Positions 11,910-20,747 of a DNA stretch of 21,123 bases are shown here, one piece after another. The stretch lies in assembly GCA_032128375.1 (NCBI GenBank), contig JAQBGU010000130.1:1-21123 (forward strand), read 5' to 3'. How positions within the stretch are numbered: position 1 is the first letter of the stretch; each line of letters opens with the position of its first letter. The translations under genes and the position numbers were made by a program. The stretch is from Deltaproteobacteria bacterium. GTDB lineage: Bacteria > Myxococcota_A > UBA9160 > SMWR01. Below the pieces are notes generated by a model, which saw nothing but the letters and a program-made list of their open reading frames with translations, had not been told where the DNA came from and searched no databases.

Positions 11910-11919
11910 GGCAGAAATG

Positions 11920-11960
11920 CACGAACTCCCGAAGTGCATGCCGCACATCGGGAGTTCGTG
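11920..11960 (-). terminator. Strong hairpin downstream of degP (terminator or mRNA-stabilising stem)
   Basis: Perfect 13-bp inverted repeat CACGAACTCCCGA / TCGGGAGTTCGTG plus an inner GTGC/GCAC pair. Only a weak U-tract (CATTTCT) follows on the minus strand. Confidence 0.6.
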
Positions 11961-12007
11961 GGGACGGGCTTCAGAGTCGATTCGTCGCGCGGGTGAAGAA
12001 TTCGCCC

Positions 12008-13519
12008 CTAGCTCGATTGCCGCTTCATGGGGACGAAAATCGTTGCGTCACCGCGGCGGATCAGCAACAGCGCGCCGTCGTCTGCTTGTTCGAGTTGGCT
12101 GCGCAGATCCGAAACCCCTTTCACTTCGTTGCGGTCGACTTCGAGGATGATGTCGCGACTGCGCAACCCGGCTTCGTCAGCGGCACTTCCCGGGTCGATC
12201 GATGTTATGACCGCACCGTGTTCCTCATCGACACCAAGCCGTTGCGCGAGGTCCGGCGTGAGATCCTGAACCCGCAGTCCGAATGCTGCAGCTCCTTCGT
12301 CTTTCGTTACCGATGCGAGTTCGGTGTCCTCCGGCTCTTCTAGCGCGCCTACGACCGTCTTGAGCGTCTTCCGCTTGCCGTCACGCAGCACGACGATGTC
12401 GACTTTCTGGTCGACCGGAGTCGCCGCGACGACGCGCGGCAACTCTTTGAGTTCGTCGATCGGCTTGCCATCGAACTCGACAATGACGTCGGCGCTCTCG
12501 AGGCCGGCCAGGTCGGCCGGTCCGCCCTCGAGCACTTTCGTGACGACGGCTCCCTTCAGCTCGTCGAGCCCGAGGTTCTCTGCGATTTCCGGTGAAATTT
12601 CCTGGATCATCACGCCGAGCCAGCCGCGCGTTACGTGTCCGCTCATGCGAAGCTGCGGCAGGATCGTCTTTGCCATGTCGATCGGAACGGCGAAACCGAT
12701 CGTATTGGCGCGGGGATTGATGGCGGTGTTGATCCCAATGACCTCGCCCGCCAGGTTGATCAGCGGGCCGCCCGAGTTGCCCGGATTGATCGCGGCGTCG
12801 GTCTGGATGAAGTCGTCGTAGTTCCCCTGGCCGATCTCCCGGTGCGTTCCACTGACGATGCCGGCCGTCACGGTGTGATCGAATCCGAAGGGGTTACCGA
12901 TCGCGACGACCCATTCGCCAGGCCGAACTCGGGACGACTCACCGAGGGGTAACGTGAAAAGCTTCTTTTCCGCCTCGACCTTGATCAGCGCGACATCGGT
13001 CTTGGGATCGCGTCCGATGACCTCTGCTGGGAGCTTGCTGCCGTCCTTGAAATGAACCGTGATCTTTTCGACATCTTCGATCACGTGGTTATTGGTCACG
13101 ATGTAGCCGTCGGGTGAGATCACGAAACCACTACCGAGGCTCGGAACGGTTTGTTCGGGGCCCGCATGGGGCGAGCGGCGTCCGAAGAAAAAATCCTGCG
13201 GACTCGGCCCCGTCTGGATCTTCTCGACAGCGATATTCACGACGCCCGGTGACACTTGCTCGGCCAGATCGGCAAAACTCGCAGGGACTCCGCGAGGGAC
13301 CATGGGCGCGTTGCCGCTGCCCTGCTGCCAGAACGGGGAGCCTTTGGTGGCATCCTCTTCGGATTGAGCGTCGGATGACTTGTCAGACTTCCCAAACAGG
13401 TCGAGTGCGTGTGCTTCACCGCCCCTCCAGCCAATCTGAATGTCCAGCGCGCCTGCCGCGACGAGTGAGACGGCGATCGCTGTTGTGAACAACAAGAGGG
13501 TCGGAATGCGCATCTTCAT
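12008..13519 (-). CDS. degP: DegP/DegQ (HtrA, Do family) periplasmic serine endoprotease with two PDZ domains
   Basis: Signal/TM N-terminus MKMRIPTLLLF, catalytic triad TNNHV, DVAL and GNSGGP, RGWLGV and two PDZ repeats. GGAGAG RBS before ATG 13519. Confidence 0.94.
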   Translation of the reverse strand: MKMRIPTLLLFTTAIAVSLVAAGALDIQIGWRGGEAHALDLFGKSDKSSDAQSEEDATKGSPFWQQGSGNAPMVPRGVPASFADLAEQVSPGVVNIAVEKIQTGPSPQDFFFGRRSPHAGPEQTVPSLGSGFVISPDGYIVTNNHVIEDVEKITVHFKDGSKLPAEVIGRDPKTDVALIKVEAEKKLFTLPLGESSRVRPGEWVVAIGNPFGFDHTVTAGIVSGTHREIGQGNYDDFIQTDAAINPGNSGGPLINLAGEVIGINTAINPRANTIGFAVPIDMAKTILPQLRMSGHVTRGWLGVMIQEISPEIAENLGLDELKGAVVTKVLEGGPADLAGLESADVIVEFDGKPIDELKELPRVVAATPVDQKVDIVVLRDGKRKTLKTVVGALEEPEDTELASVTKDEGAAAFGLRVQDLTPDLAQRLGVDEEHGAVITSIDPGSAADEAGLRSRDIILEVDRNEVKGVSDLRSQLEQADDGALLLIRRGDATIFVPMKRQSS

Positions 13520-13556
13520 GAATCTCTCCGTTCGACAATGAATTGGGTCGTTGCGC

Positions 13557-13626
13557 TTTCGGCGCATTCAATTTCGGTGCATGCAATTTCGGTGCATTCC
13601 ATTTCGGTGCATTCCATTTCGGTGCA
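13557..13626. repeat. 15-bp tandem repeat, about 4.7 units, in the degP 5' region
   Basis: TTTCGGCGCATTCAA TTTCGGTGCATGCAA TTTCGGTGCATTCCA TTTCGGTGCATTCCA TTTCGGTGCA. Confidence 0.92.
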
Positions 13627-13837
13627 GTGTGGCGAAATCTTCCACCTGGTCGCCTGACCAGCATGGGTCATGCATATAGCCGCGCCTCGCTTGATCGCCA
13701 GGCGATCTTCCATCCGGTTCGATACCGCGCTGTGTTGCGGGGTTCCCGCAAAATTCACCAGTTTGAGAAACAGCCCGTAGCGATTGAACCCCATCGTTCA
13801 GGCCTCACCATCTAGATCCCACCGCCACGGCCACACC

Positions 13838-13895
13838 ACATCAAATCCCTACATCAGTTCCCTACATCAGTTCCCTACATCAGACCTCTACATCA
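13838..13895. repeat. 13-bp tandem repeat, about 4.5 units, abutting the stop codon of the second htrA
   Basis: ACATCAAATCCCT ACATCAGTTCCCT ACATCAGTTCCCT ACATCAGACCTCT ACATCA. Confidence 0.9.
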
Positions 13896-15239
13896 TCAGA
13901 CCAGCGGAATCGTGACATGGTACCGGCTCGAGCCGCGTTGGACGACGACCAGCGCCTGTGAAAGGCCGCGCAGTTTCAGTATCGAGCGCCGAAGCGCGAC
14001 TGGATCACTGAGCGAATTGCCGTTGATGCCGAGCACCAAATCACCGCTCTGAAACCCGATTCGAGCGGCACCGCTTCCCTCGCGAACCGATTTTACGACG
14101 AACCCGCCCGCGGGGTTTGGGTCGAGCTCCAGCCCCATGATCTCGTGGGCGAGTTTTGCCACGTGGTCTGCCGGGATTTCCTCGAGTATCACCCCGATGG
14201 TTTGTGTCTTGCCGTTGCGCCAGACGCTCAGCTCGACTTCCTGTCCGTCGACACTGGTTTCGAGTTTTTCGAAGAAGTACTGCGCCGAGTCGACCGGTCG
14301 CCCATCGATGTGCATCACCACATCACCACGGCGAATTTTTGCGCGCGCCGCCGGGCTGTTCTCGCGCACGCGGTTGACCAGCGCGCCAGAGACGCCCTGT
14401 GGCAGATCCATGACGGCTCGCAGCTCGCTATTCAGATCCTGGAAGTCCAATCCCATCCAGACGGGCACGACTTCGCCGTGTTTGATCAATTCGTCGACCA
14501 CGCGCCTGGCGATGTCGATCGGGATCGCGAAACCGATGCCCTGGCCTCCGCTGTACACCGCTGTGTTGATTCCGATCAGTTCCCCGGCCGCATTGACGAG
14601 CGGTCCGCCGGAATTGCCGGGGTTGATCGACGCATCGGTCTGGAGGAAGCCGTGATAGACGCGGCTTTGCGCGCGAACCGAACGGTTGATCGCGGAAATG
14701 ACACCGGTCGTCACGGTGCTCGACAACCCGAATGGGTTGCCGATGGCAATCACGGATTCGCCGACCATCAGATCCGAAGACGTCGCTGGCGAAACCCACG
14801 GAAGTTCCGCATCCGTATCTGCTTGGAGGACTGCGATGTCGTTGTTCGGGTCGGCCCCTATCACGCTAGCGTCGAACTCGGTGCCGTCCTCGAGCGTGAT
14901 GATGATCCGGCTGGCGCGACCGACGACGTGTGCGTTGGTCAGAATGTGACCTTCAGCATCGATCAAAACACCCGACCCGAGACTTTCGGTGGTCTGTGGA
15001 GCGCGTCGTTCGAAGTGGTCGCGAAAAAACGAATCGAAGAACGGGTTGCCGGATTGCATGAATGGGCTGCCACCGTCATCGACACGCTCGGTGGTGATAC
15101 TGACCACGCTGGGGCCGACCTTTTGGACGACTTCCACGGTAGTCGAACGCCTCAGGAACGGATCGCTCGCGGTCGCGATCATGGCAGTCGCGCAGACCGA
15201 GAGTGTGGCGAAGAGTGCGAGGGCGAGGATTTTCTTCAT
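13896..15239 (-). CDS. Second HtrA/DegQ-family serine protease with PDZ domains
   Basis: Signal peptide MKKILALALFATLSVCATA, TNAHV, DIAVL, QTDASINPGNSGGP and two PDZ-like domains. Start moved to ATG 15239. Confidence 0.92.
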   Translation of the reverse strand: MKKILALALFATLSVCATAMIATASDPFLRRSTTVEVVQKVGPSVVSITTERVDDGGSPFMQSGNPFFDSFFRDHFERRAPQTTESLGSGVLIDAEGHILTNAHVVGRASRIIITLEDGTEFDASVIGADPNNDIAVLQADTDAELPWVSPATSSDLMVGESVIAIGNPFGLSSTVTTGVISAINRSVRAQSRVYHGFLQTDASINPGNSGGPLVNAAGELIGINTAVYSGGQGIGFAIPIDIARRVVDELIKHGEVVPVWMGLDFQDLNSELRAVMDLPQGVSGALVNRVRENSPAARAKIRRGDVVMHIDGRPVDSAQYFFEKLETSVDGQEVELSVWRNGKTQTIGVILEEIPADHVAKLAHEIMGLELDPNPAGGFVVKSVREGSGAARIGFQSGDLVLGINGNSLSDPVALRRSILKLRGLSQALVVVQRGSSRYHVTIPLV

Positions 15240-15247
15240 TGGATTGA

Positions 15248-15275
15248 TCGGACACAGGATCGGGGTCGGAAGTTC
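15248..15275 (-). promoter_or_regulatory. Putative sigmaE/ECF promoter of the second htrA
   Basis: GAACTT-N16-GTCCGA matches the RpoE-type GAACTT-N16-GTCnnA consensus. It lies 8 nt before the ATG, with no Shine-Dalgarno. Confidence 0.65.
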
Positions 15276-15418
15276 GAAGCAGACAATTCGCAGCCGGATA
15301 TCTTGAAGCCGAATATTGGAGGTTGCAGCGCGCTGGGGCACCAAGGTAGCGCGGAATGCCATAATGGTGTCGTCCGCTGCGGACGTCGCCAGAGCAGCGG
15401 AAAGCGAGGGGGTGCCGT

Positions 15419-16558
15419 TTGGTCAAGGAACTGATCAGCGAGTTCGAGCGCCGGTTCGGGCGATCACCCGAGTCCGCTGCCCGCGCCCCCGGTCGTGTCA
15501 ACTTGATCGGCGAGCACACGGACTACAACCAGGGCCTGGTGCTGCCGCTCGCGATCGATCGCGACACAGTGTCGCTCGCTGCGATCCGGTCCGATGGGCA
15601 CTTCCGCGTCTATTCGCAGGAGCAGGCTGAACTTCGAAGTTTCGAAGCGGGCGCGTTCGAGCCATCGAGTGATTGGGTCGACTACGTGCGCGGTGTGGTT
15701 CGGGCGTTTTCAGAGGCGGGTCAATCCATCTCGGGCCTCGATATCGCGGTCTCCAGCGAGGTTCCGCTCGAATCGGGCCTGTCGAGTTCTGCGGCGCTGT
15801 GCGTTTCGCTGGTGACCGTGATCGACGCGATCGCTGCGCTTTCGCTTGCGCCGATCGATCGAGCCCGGCTCGCGCACCGTGCCGAAAGCGAGTTCGTCGG
15901 CGTCGGCTGCGGGATCATGGATCAATTCGCGAGCGCTCTGGGCCGTCCAGGCAGCGCGCTCCGAGTCGATTGTCGTTCGCAGCAGGTCGAGACGGTGCCG
16001 GTGCCGAAGGATTTGTGCATTCTGGTGGCGGATTCCGGCGTGCGGCGAAGCCTGCTGAAAGCCGGGTATCACGAGCGGGTCGCGGAGTGTCAGTCCGTGC
16101 TTGCGCTTGCTGTCGAGCACGGAATCGTCCCGGTCGATGCATCGGCTCTGCGCGACCTGTCGGTCAGCGCGTTGCCGCAGCTCGAGTCGGTCCTGCCATG
16201 GAACCTGTACCGGCGCGCACGGCACGTCATCACCGAAAACGCCCGAGTCGATTCCATGTGTTCCGCGCTGCGCGCGGGCAACCTCGACGCGGCCGGGGCG
16301 ATCCTGAAGGAGGGCATGAAGAGCCTGCGGAGCGATTTCGAAGTCAGCACGCCGCAACTCGACCGGCTGTGTGAGGTCGCCGACACCACCCCGGGTGTGT
16401 ATGGCTCCAGATTGACCGGGGCCGGCTTCGGCGGCTGCACGATCCACCTTCTCGTGCCGTCTGCACTGCCGCACCTGACTGAAGCTCTCACCCCGCTCAG
16501 CTCCCGGCTCCACTGCATTCGTCCCGCTTCACCCGCTTCGGTTCTGCCGATCGCTTGA
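15419..16558 (+). CDS. galK: Galactokinase
   Basis: APGRVNLIGEHTDYN signature, GHMP motif VPLESGLSSSAA, CGIMDQ, RARHVITEN and GSRLTGAGFGG. GAGGGG RBS before the TTG. Confidence 0.93.
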   Translation: MVKELISEFERRFGRSPESAARAPGRVNLIGEHTDYNQGLVLPLAIDRDTVSLAAIRSDGHFRVYSQEQAELRSFEAGAFEPSSDWVDYVRGVVRAFSEAGQSISGLDIAVSSEVPLESGLSSSAALCVSLVTVIDAIAALSLAPIDRARLAHRAESEFVGVGCGIMDQFASALGRPGSALRVDCRSQQVETVPVPKDLCILVADSGVRRSLLKAGYHERVAECQSVLALAVEHGIVPVDASALRDLSVSALPQLESVLPWNLYRRARHVITENARVDSMCSALRAGNLDAAGAILKEGMKSLRSDFEVSTPQLDRLCEVADTTPGVYGSRLTGAGFGGCTIHLLVPSALPHLTEALTPLSSRLHCIRPASPASVLPIA

Positions 16559-17203
16559 TCAGCCGAACGCAGCGCGGTCTATAGCCTGCCGGAACAGGGC
16601 GGTGGTTCGAGTGGGGTCGGACGACTGGAGGATACTTCCGGTGATCGCGATACCACGGGCACCGGCAGCGATGCTGGCGGCGGCATTTGCGGGGGTGATT
16701 CCGCCTTGGGCAATCACCGGCAGAGCGTTTGCCGCAGCGCGCTTCAAGGTCTCGAGGCCGAGGGGCGGACGTGTGGCGGGTTTCGACAGCGGTTGAAACA
16801 GTGGGGCCAGTTGCGCGTAGCTGGCCGCCGCGGGTACGCATTCGGCTTCCGCGGCCGAGTGCGTCGAGACACCGATCAGTGCGTCTTTTCCCAGTAGCTC
16901 CCTCGCATGCTCGGCCCCGACCGCATCGAAGCCCAGTTGGACGCCGTCTGCGCCGATCGCCAACGCGAGGTCGCAGCGTCGATTGATGAGGATCCGAACC
17001 TGGCCGCCGCGATCGGCCGCGCCCCGATGAGCCGCTTCGGCGACAGCTTCCGCATGCGCGAGCAGTGCCGCGTCGTCGAGATCGCGTTCGCGCACCTGAA
17101 CCCAATCGACTCCTGCCTTGACGGCGGCATACACACACGCGACCAAGTCGCCGCGCACCGCCGCTCGGTCGGTGACCAGGCACAAGACAGGGTGCGTGTT
17201 CAT
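16559..17203 (-). CDS. thiE: Thiamine phosphate synthase / TenI family protein
   Basis: LCLVTDR, VQVRERD, GADGVQLG, IGVSTHS, PVIAQGGIT and GARGIA. An alternative start is GTG 17212. Several residues look TenI-like rather than ThiE-like. Confidence 0.78.
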   Translation of the reverse strand: MNTHPVLCLVTDRAAVRGDLVACVYAAVKAGVDWVQVRERDLDDAALLAHAEAVAEAAHRGAADRGGQVRILINRRCDLALAIGADGVQLGFDAVGAEHARELLGKDALIGVSTHSAAEAECVPAAASYAQLAPLFQPLSKPATRPPLGLETLKRAAANALPVIAQGGITPANAAASIAAGARGIAITGSILQSSDPTRTTALFRQAIDRAAFG

Positions 17204-17302
17204 GATGTCCACGAGTCAGACCCGAGAAGCGTTTGGGAGCGTCGCGAGATTCTACCGATTGGCAGGGGTTATTGGCGCCCCACGATTCGAGCGCTTCGGC
17301 GG

Positions 17303-18159
17303 TTACTCGAGCAGCTGCACTCGACAGAGTTCCTGCAGGTTGCGAACGCGGCGAGAAATGGCAGCCGGATGGCGGCCTTCGACTTTGGCAATGCTGCGCT
17401 GAGAGAGCCCCTCCAGCAGGAGCTTGAATACGCGCGCGTGTTCGGGTCCCAGTTCTTCGATGGCGCCGAACATCTGCCGCAAGCGACCGGCCAGCTCCTG
17501 GCTGAGCAAATGTGCCGGAGGCAGAACGGAGATCCGCCACGTATTGCGCCCGATCTGCTCGCGATTTTAGCGCCACAAAGGGATCTCGCAGCTTGCGTAG
17601 CCATCGACGGCTGACCCCCACTCGCCGCGATTCCCGACGTATCGGAGCAGTGTCGACTCATCAAGCGCGATTGCCGTCGCTGCCTGCGCTGCGATTCACG
17701 GATCTGGGCGCGTGTCTGCGCAATGAAGTGGGAGCGCGCAGACTGTGTCCCCTTGATCAGGCTCACAGAATCATCCCAGCGTCGCGAACGCCACAACGTG
17801 CGCGCCGTTTCGGCCCGCTTCCCACGAAAGCGCGGGTGGTCTGTCAATGCAGCGAACGCCTCATCGTGTCGCTCTTGCGCAAGCAGCCGGCGAACACGCG
17901 CGACCGCGTGAAAATGCCTGAGCCATTCGGAAACCCAGCTCTCGAAGGCGCCGGTCAGGCAGGTGCTCCAGATCTCGTCGGACTCGGTTGCGGGGTGGCA
18001 ACGCGAGACCACCGGGATGACGTCCTTCTCCAGTAGCGAGACGAGCTTCTGCCAGCCGCGCTCGTTTGTTTCGAGTCCCGCGAGAAATGTCGTGAATTCC
18101 GTGCTGTGCGTGGTACCCGGTCGCGTCCTGAAGGCACGCCGGAGCGCAGAGAGGTCCAT
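17303..18159 (-). pseudogene. Divergent ECF-sigma-like / HTH protein split by a frameshift
   Basis: The ORF from ATG 18159 (GGAG RBS) has weak region-2-like segments (SDEIWSTCLTGAFESW, FIAQTRAQIRESQRRQRR). A region-4-like HTH (IEELGPEHARVFKLLLEGLSQRSIAKVEGRHPAAISRRVRNL) lies in the -1 frame, open from 17566 to the stop at 17303. Confidence 0.55.
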
Positions 18160-18589
18160 ATCAACTCCAGTCCAGCTCGAGCGACTGCTCCGGCGCTACC
18201 CATCGTCATTCGAAAGCGATGGGCAGTATTGCTGCCGGAGGGCTCGATGATTGATTCGACACCCGGAACACCGGGCGAACGGAGCGCTCTTATAGGGCGC
18301 TGAGTTTGTGTCGAAAGATCGGGACTAGGCTGAACAGCAACACATTGCGATCCTCGTGCGGGCCACCTGCTACAGCGTGACAGCCTGCACCTTTGTCGGG
18401 CCCTGGCTTCGAGACCGGCTTCGAAGGCCAAGAAGTTGGCGCGAGGCCGAACTCCTCGTCCATTGAGGGGCACGAGCGGACCGGAAGTTGCGCCGGACGC
18501 GAAGTTTTTTCAATAGGCAGCGCGAAAATCTCGGAAAAACCTGCACTGGGTGGATGATTTCTGTTCTTCGCAGGACGTGGGCTCGAATC

Positions 18590-18954
18590 TCGGCCTGGGT
18601 CGGCGTTCGCATCCAAGCTCTGACTCTCGATTCGGATTTTTTCCAACAGTCCATCGAGCTCGAGCTGCTTCGCGGCGTTGATCTTCTTGCGCGGAATTTG
18701 GAACATCGCAGGCGCGGCTGCAGCCGATCGAGATCGCGTTCGATTCCACTGCGAGCAGAGCGCAGCGCTGCAGGTACGAAGCCCATCATCGCCGCGTTGA
18801 CGAGATCGGCCCACCAAAGCTCGCTTCTCCAGGCGGGCTGCTCGTTGTCCGCAAACCCCCAGACGAGATCGAAGACACCGTCGAAGACCCAGTGGCATAC
18901 GAGATACGCGACGGAGATCGCGATACCCAAGCCAATCGGCGACATGGAGCGCAT
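18590..18954 (-). pseudogene. Remnant of a hypothetical membrane protein
   Basis: A protein-like hydrophobic N-terminus (IGLGIAISVAYLVCHWVF...LVNAAMMGFVPAAL...ERDLDRLQPRLRCS) loses coherence near 18700. A second protein-like helix (RKKINAAKQLELDGLLEKIRIE) continues there in another frame. Confidence 0.4.
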
Positions 18955-18971
18955 GCGGAGAGATTAAGCGA

Positions 18972-19790
18972 TTACGCCGACACGGCCGCACAGGCCTCGA
19001 CTAGCGCCGGCACGAAGAGGTCGGGACGATCGGCGCAAGCGAGATGTCCAGCCGCTAGCCGGTGTACCCGCGCGCCGGGAATCGAATTGGCCAGGCTCTC
19101 CTGCCGCGCGGGTGGCACGAGCCGGTCCTGTTGCATGACGAGGACTGCGGTTGGTACATCGATGCCCCCGACCCAATCATGCGAACTGAACTGTCGCAAC
19201 GCGTTCGCGGCCTCGATCAGCGCGGCCGGATCGGTCTGCTGCAGCTCTTGCCGCACGAATTCGCGAACGATCTCATTTCGTACACCCAGCCCGTAGAAGG
19301 GGCTGGCGAGACACCGGCGCATGTCGCGCGGCACGAGACGAAAAAGTGTGCTCGCAATCGGCGTGATCGTGCGGGCCGCGCGCTGTCCGACGCGGGACCC
19401 AAAACTCCGGGCGGTGGCGCACAGCACCAAACCCGACACGCGTGAGGGCGATTGGCGCCATACGAGCTTCGCGATCGGACCGCCCATCGAGTAGCCAACG
19501 GGGACGATCCGCTCACAGCCGAGCGCGTCGGCGACCGCAACGACATCATCCGCACACTCTGAAAGCCGAAAGCGTCTCCTCGCATCGAATCCGCGACCGT
19601 GACCGCGTTGATCCATCGCGACCACGTGGAAGCGCTCGCCCAGCGCCCGAAAGCTGCGCCCCCAGTTCAGCCCACCGGTCGCGCCAAGGCCATGCAACAG
19701 CATCACGGTGGGCGCACCAGGCGGGCCGGGTAGCTCCCGAATGAAGGTGGTGCCACGACCGGGTATCTCGAGGCTGCGTCCCGGTGCCAT
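18972..19790 (-). CDS. Alpha/beta fold hydrolase
   Basis: TVMLLHGLG, DQRGHG, nucleophile elbow GYSMGG, DRLVP and AGHL. The start may be ATG 19790 or 19814. Confidence 0.9.
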   Translation of the reverse strand: MAPGRSLEIPGRGTTFIRELPGPPGAPTVMLLHGLGATGGLNWGRSFRALGERFHVVAMDQRGHGRGFDARRRFRLSECADDVVAVADALGCERIVPVGYSMGGPIAKLVWRQSPSRVSGLVLCATARSFGSRVGQRAARTITPIASTLFRLVPRDMRRCLASPFYGLGVRNEIVREFVRQELQQTDPAALIEAANALRQFSSHDWVGGIDVPTAVLVMQQDRLVPPARQESLANSIPGARVHRLAAGHLACADRPDLFVPALVEACAAVSA

Positions 19791-19803
19791 AGCGGAGGCG
19801 GCG

Positions 19804-20670
19804 TTACGCCGCATGCTCGACCAGTTCCCTGACCGCATCCGCGTGGTCGGCAGCGTCGGCCAAGCCGCACTCGAAGGCCACCGGACGCTTCGAGTAATCC
19901 ATCAGGTTCAGCCCGAGCGCCGAAAGGCGTTCGCTACCCAGGATCGTGTGCACCCGAACGCCCGTCGCTCCGAGCGCCGCCAGGTCGTCGACGAGCATCT
20001 CGGAGACGCGCGGGATCGCGATCTTCGGGCCGATGAAAAGTGCTGCTTCGAGAGCGAGATCCTTCACGATCGCTGTGTGGTACTGCGGGCCGCGGGCGCC
20101 GTCCATGTAGTGCTCGCCCGCGTGCGATACCGTCGGAAAGTAACCGGGGATGGCGCAGGACGACGCGACAGCGCGAGACAGCGGTACACCATCGGCCGCG
20201 GTCCAGAACTTGGGCTTTCCGCTCCCGCAGGTCGTCGTCGTCGGTCGAAAGTCGACGTCCGGCCACACATCGGTGCCGACCGTCTTTCGGAACATGGCGA
20301 CGAACTGGTCTTCGGACAGTGCGGTGTCGGCGCTGCGCGCAAGTTCGGCGATACGCGCCACGGTCTCGGGCTTGCCGGCCGCTGGGCCTAGCATCAGCGC
20401 GATGATTTCGGCGAAGGCTCCCTTGTCGAGATCCGGCGGAGGAAGACTGGATCGCGGATTATTGGAATCGCGGTCCATTGCCAGCGCGTCGTGAGGATCC
20501 TTGCCGAGCGCCATGTCTGCCCCCACTGACGAGCCCGCCGAGGTCCCCACGATCACGGTCGACTTCGCGGGTTCGAACCCGATGGCATCGACCAATCCAG
20601 CCAACACGCCGTTCTCCCAGGCGACCCCAACCGAACCACCGCCCCCCAATAGGAGTCCAAGTCTCGCCAT
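19804..20670 (-). CDS. Patatin-like phospholipase
   Basis: LLLGGGGSVG, GTSAG, ASSCAIPGYFP and YMDGA. GGAGGA RBS before ATG 20670. Confidence 0.92.
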   Translation of the reverse strand: MARLGLLLGGGGSVGVAWENGVLAGLVDAIGFEPAKSTVIVGTSAGSSVGADMALGKDPHDALAMDRDSNNPRSSLPPPDLDKGAFAEIIALMLGPAAGKPETVARIAELARSADTALSEDQFVAMFRKTVGTDVWPDVDFRPTTTTCGSGKPKFWTAADGVPLSRAVASSCAIPGYFPTVSHAGEHYMDGARGPQYHTAIVKDLALEAALFIGPKIAIPRVSEMLVDDLAALGATGVRVHTILGSERLSALGLNLMDYSKRPVAFECGLADAADHADAVRELVEHAA

Positions 20671-20747
20671 CGCTACATCCTCCACAGCCCGCGGCACCGG
20701 GTCTGGCTCGCGGCGGGTCAAAGATAGCCATTACTCCGCAAACTCCG

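Noticed and set aside
13720..13746. GGAACC ECF-like -35 element upstream of degP
   Set aside because: The -10 element and spacing are ambiguous, so it is too weak to call.
13416..13815. Small ORFs with pentapeptide repeats (APKWN, CTEME, FGAFH)
   Set aside because: They are by-products of the 15-bp DNA repeat being open in several frames, and two of them overlap degP.
13557..13895. Possible CRISPR array
   Set aside because: Units are 13-15 bp and contiguous, with no spacers and no cas genes.
14145..15434. Long antisense or alternative-frame ORFs (also 5314-6429, 11348-12343, 4301-5338, 16497-17621)
   Set aside because: These are shadows of real genes in high-GC DNA, with no recognisable protein motifs.
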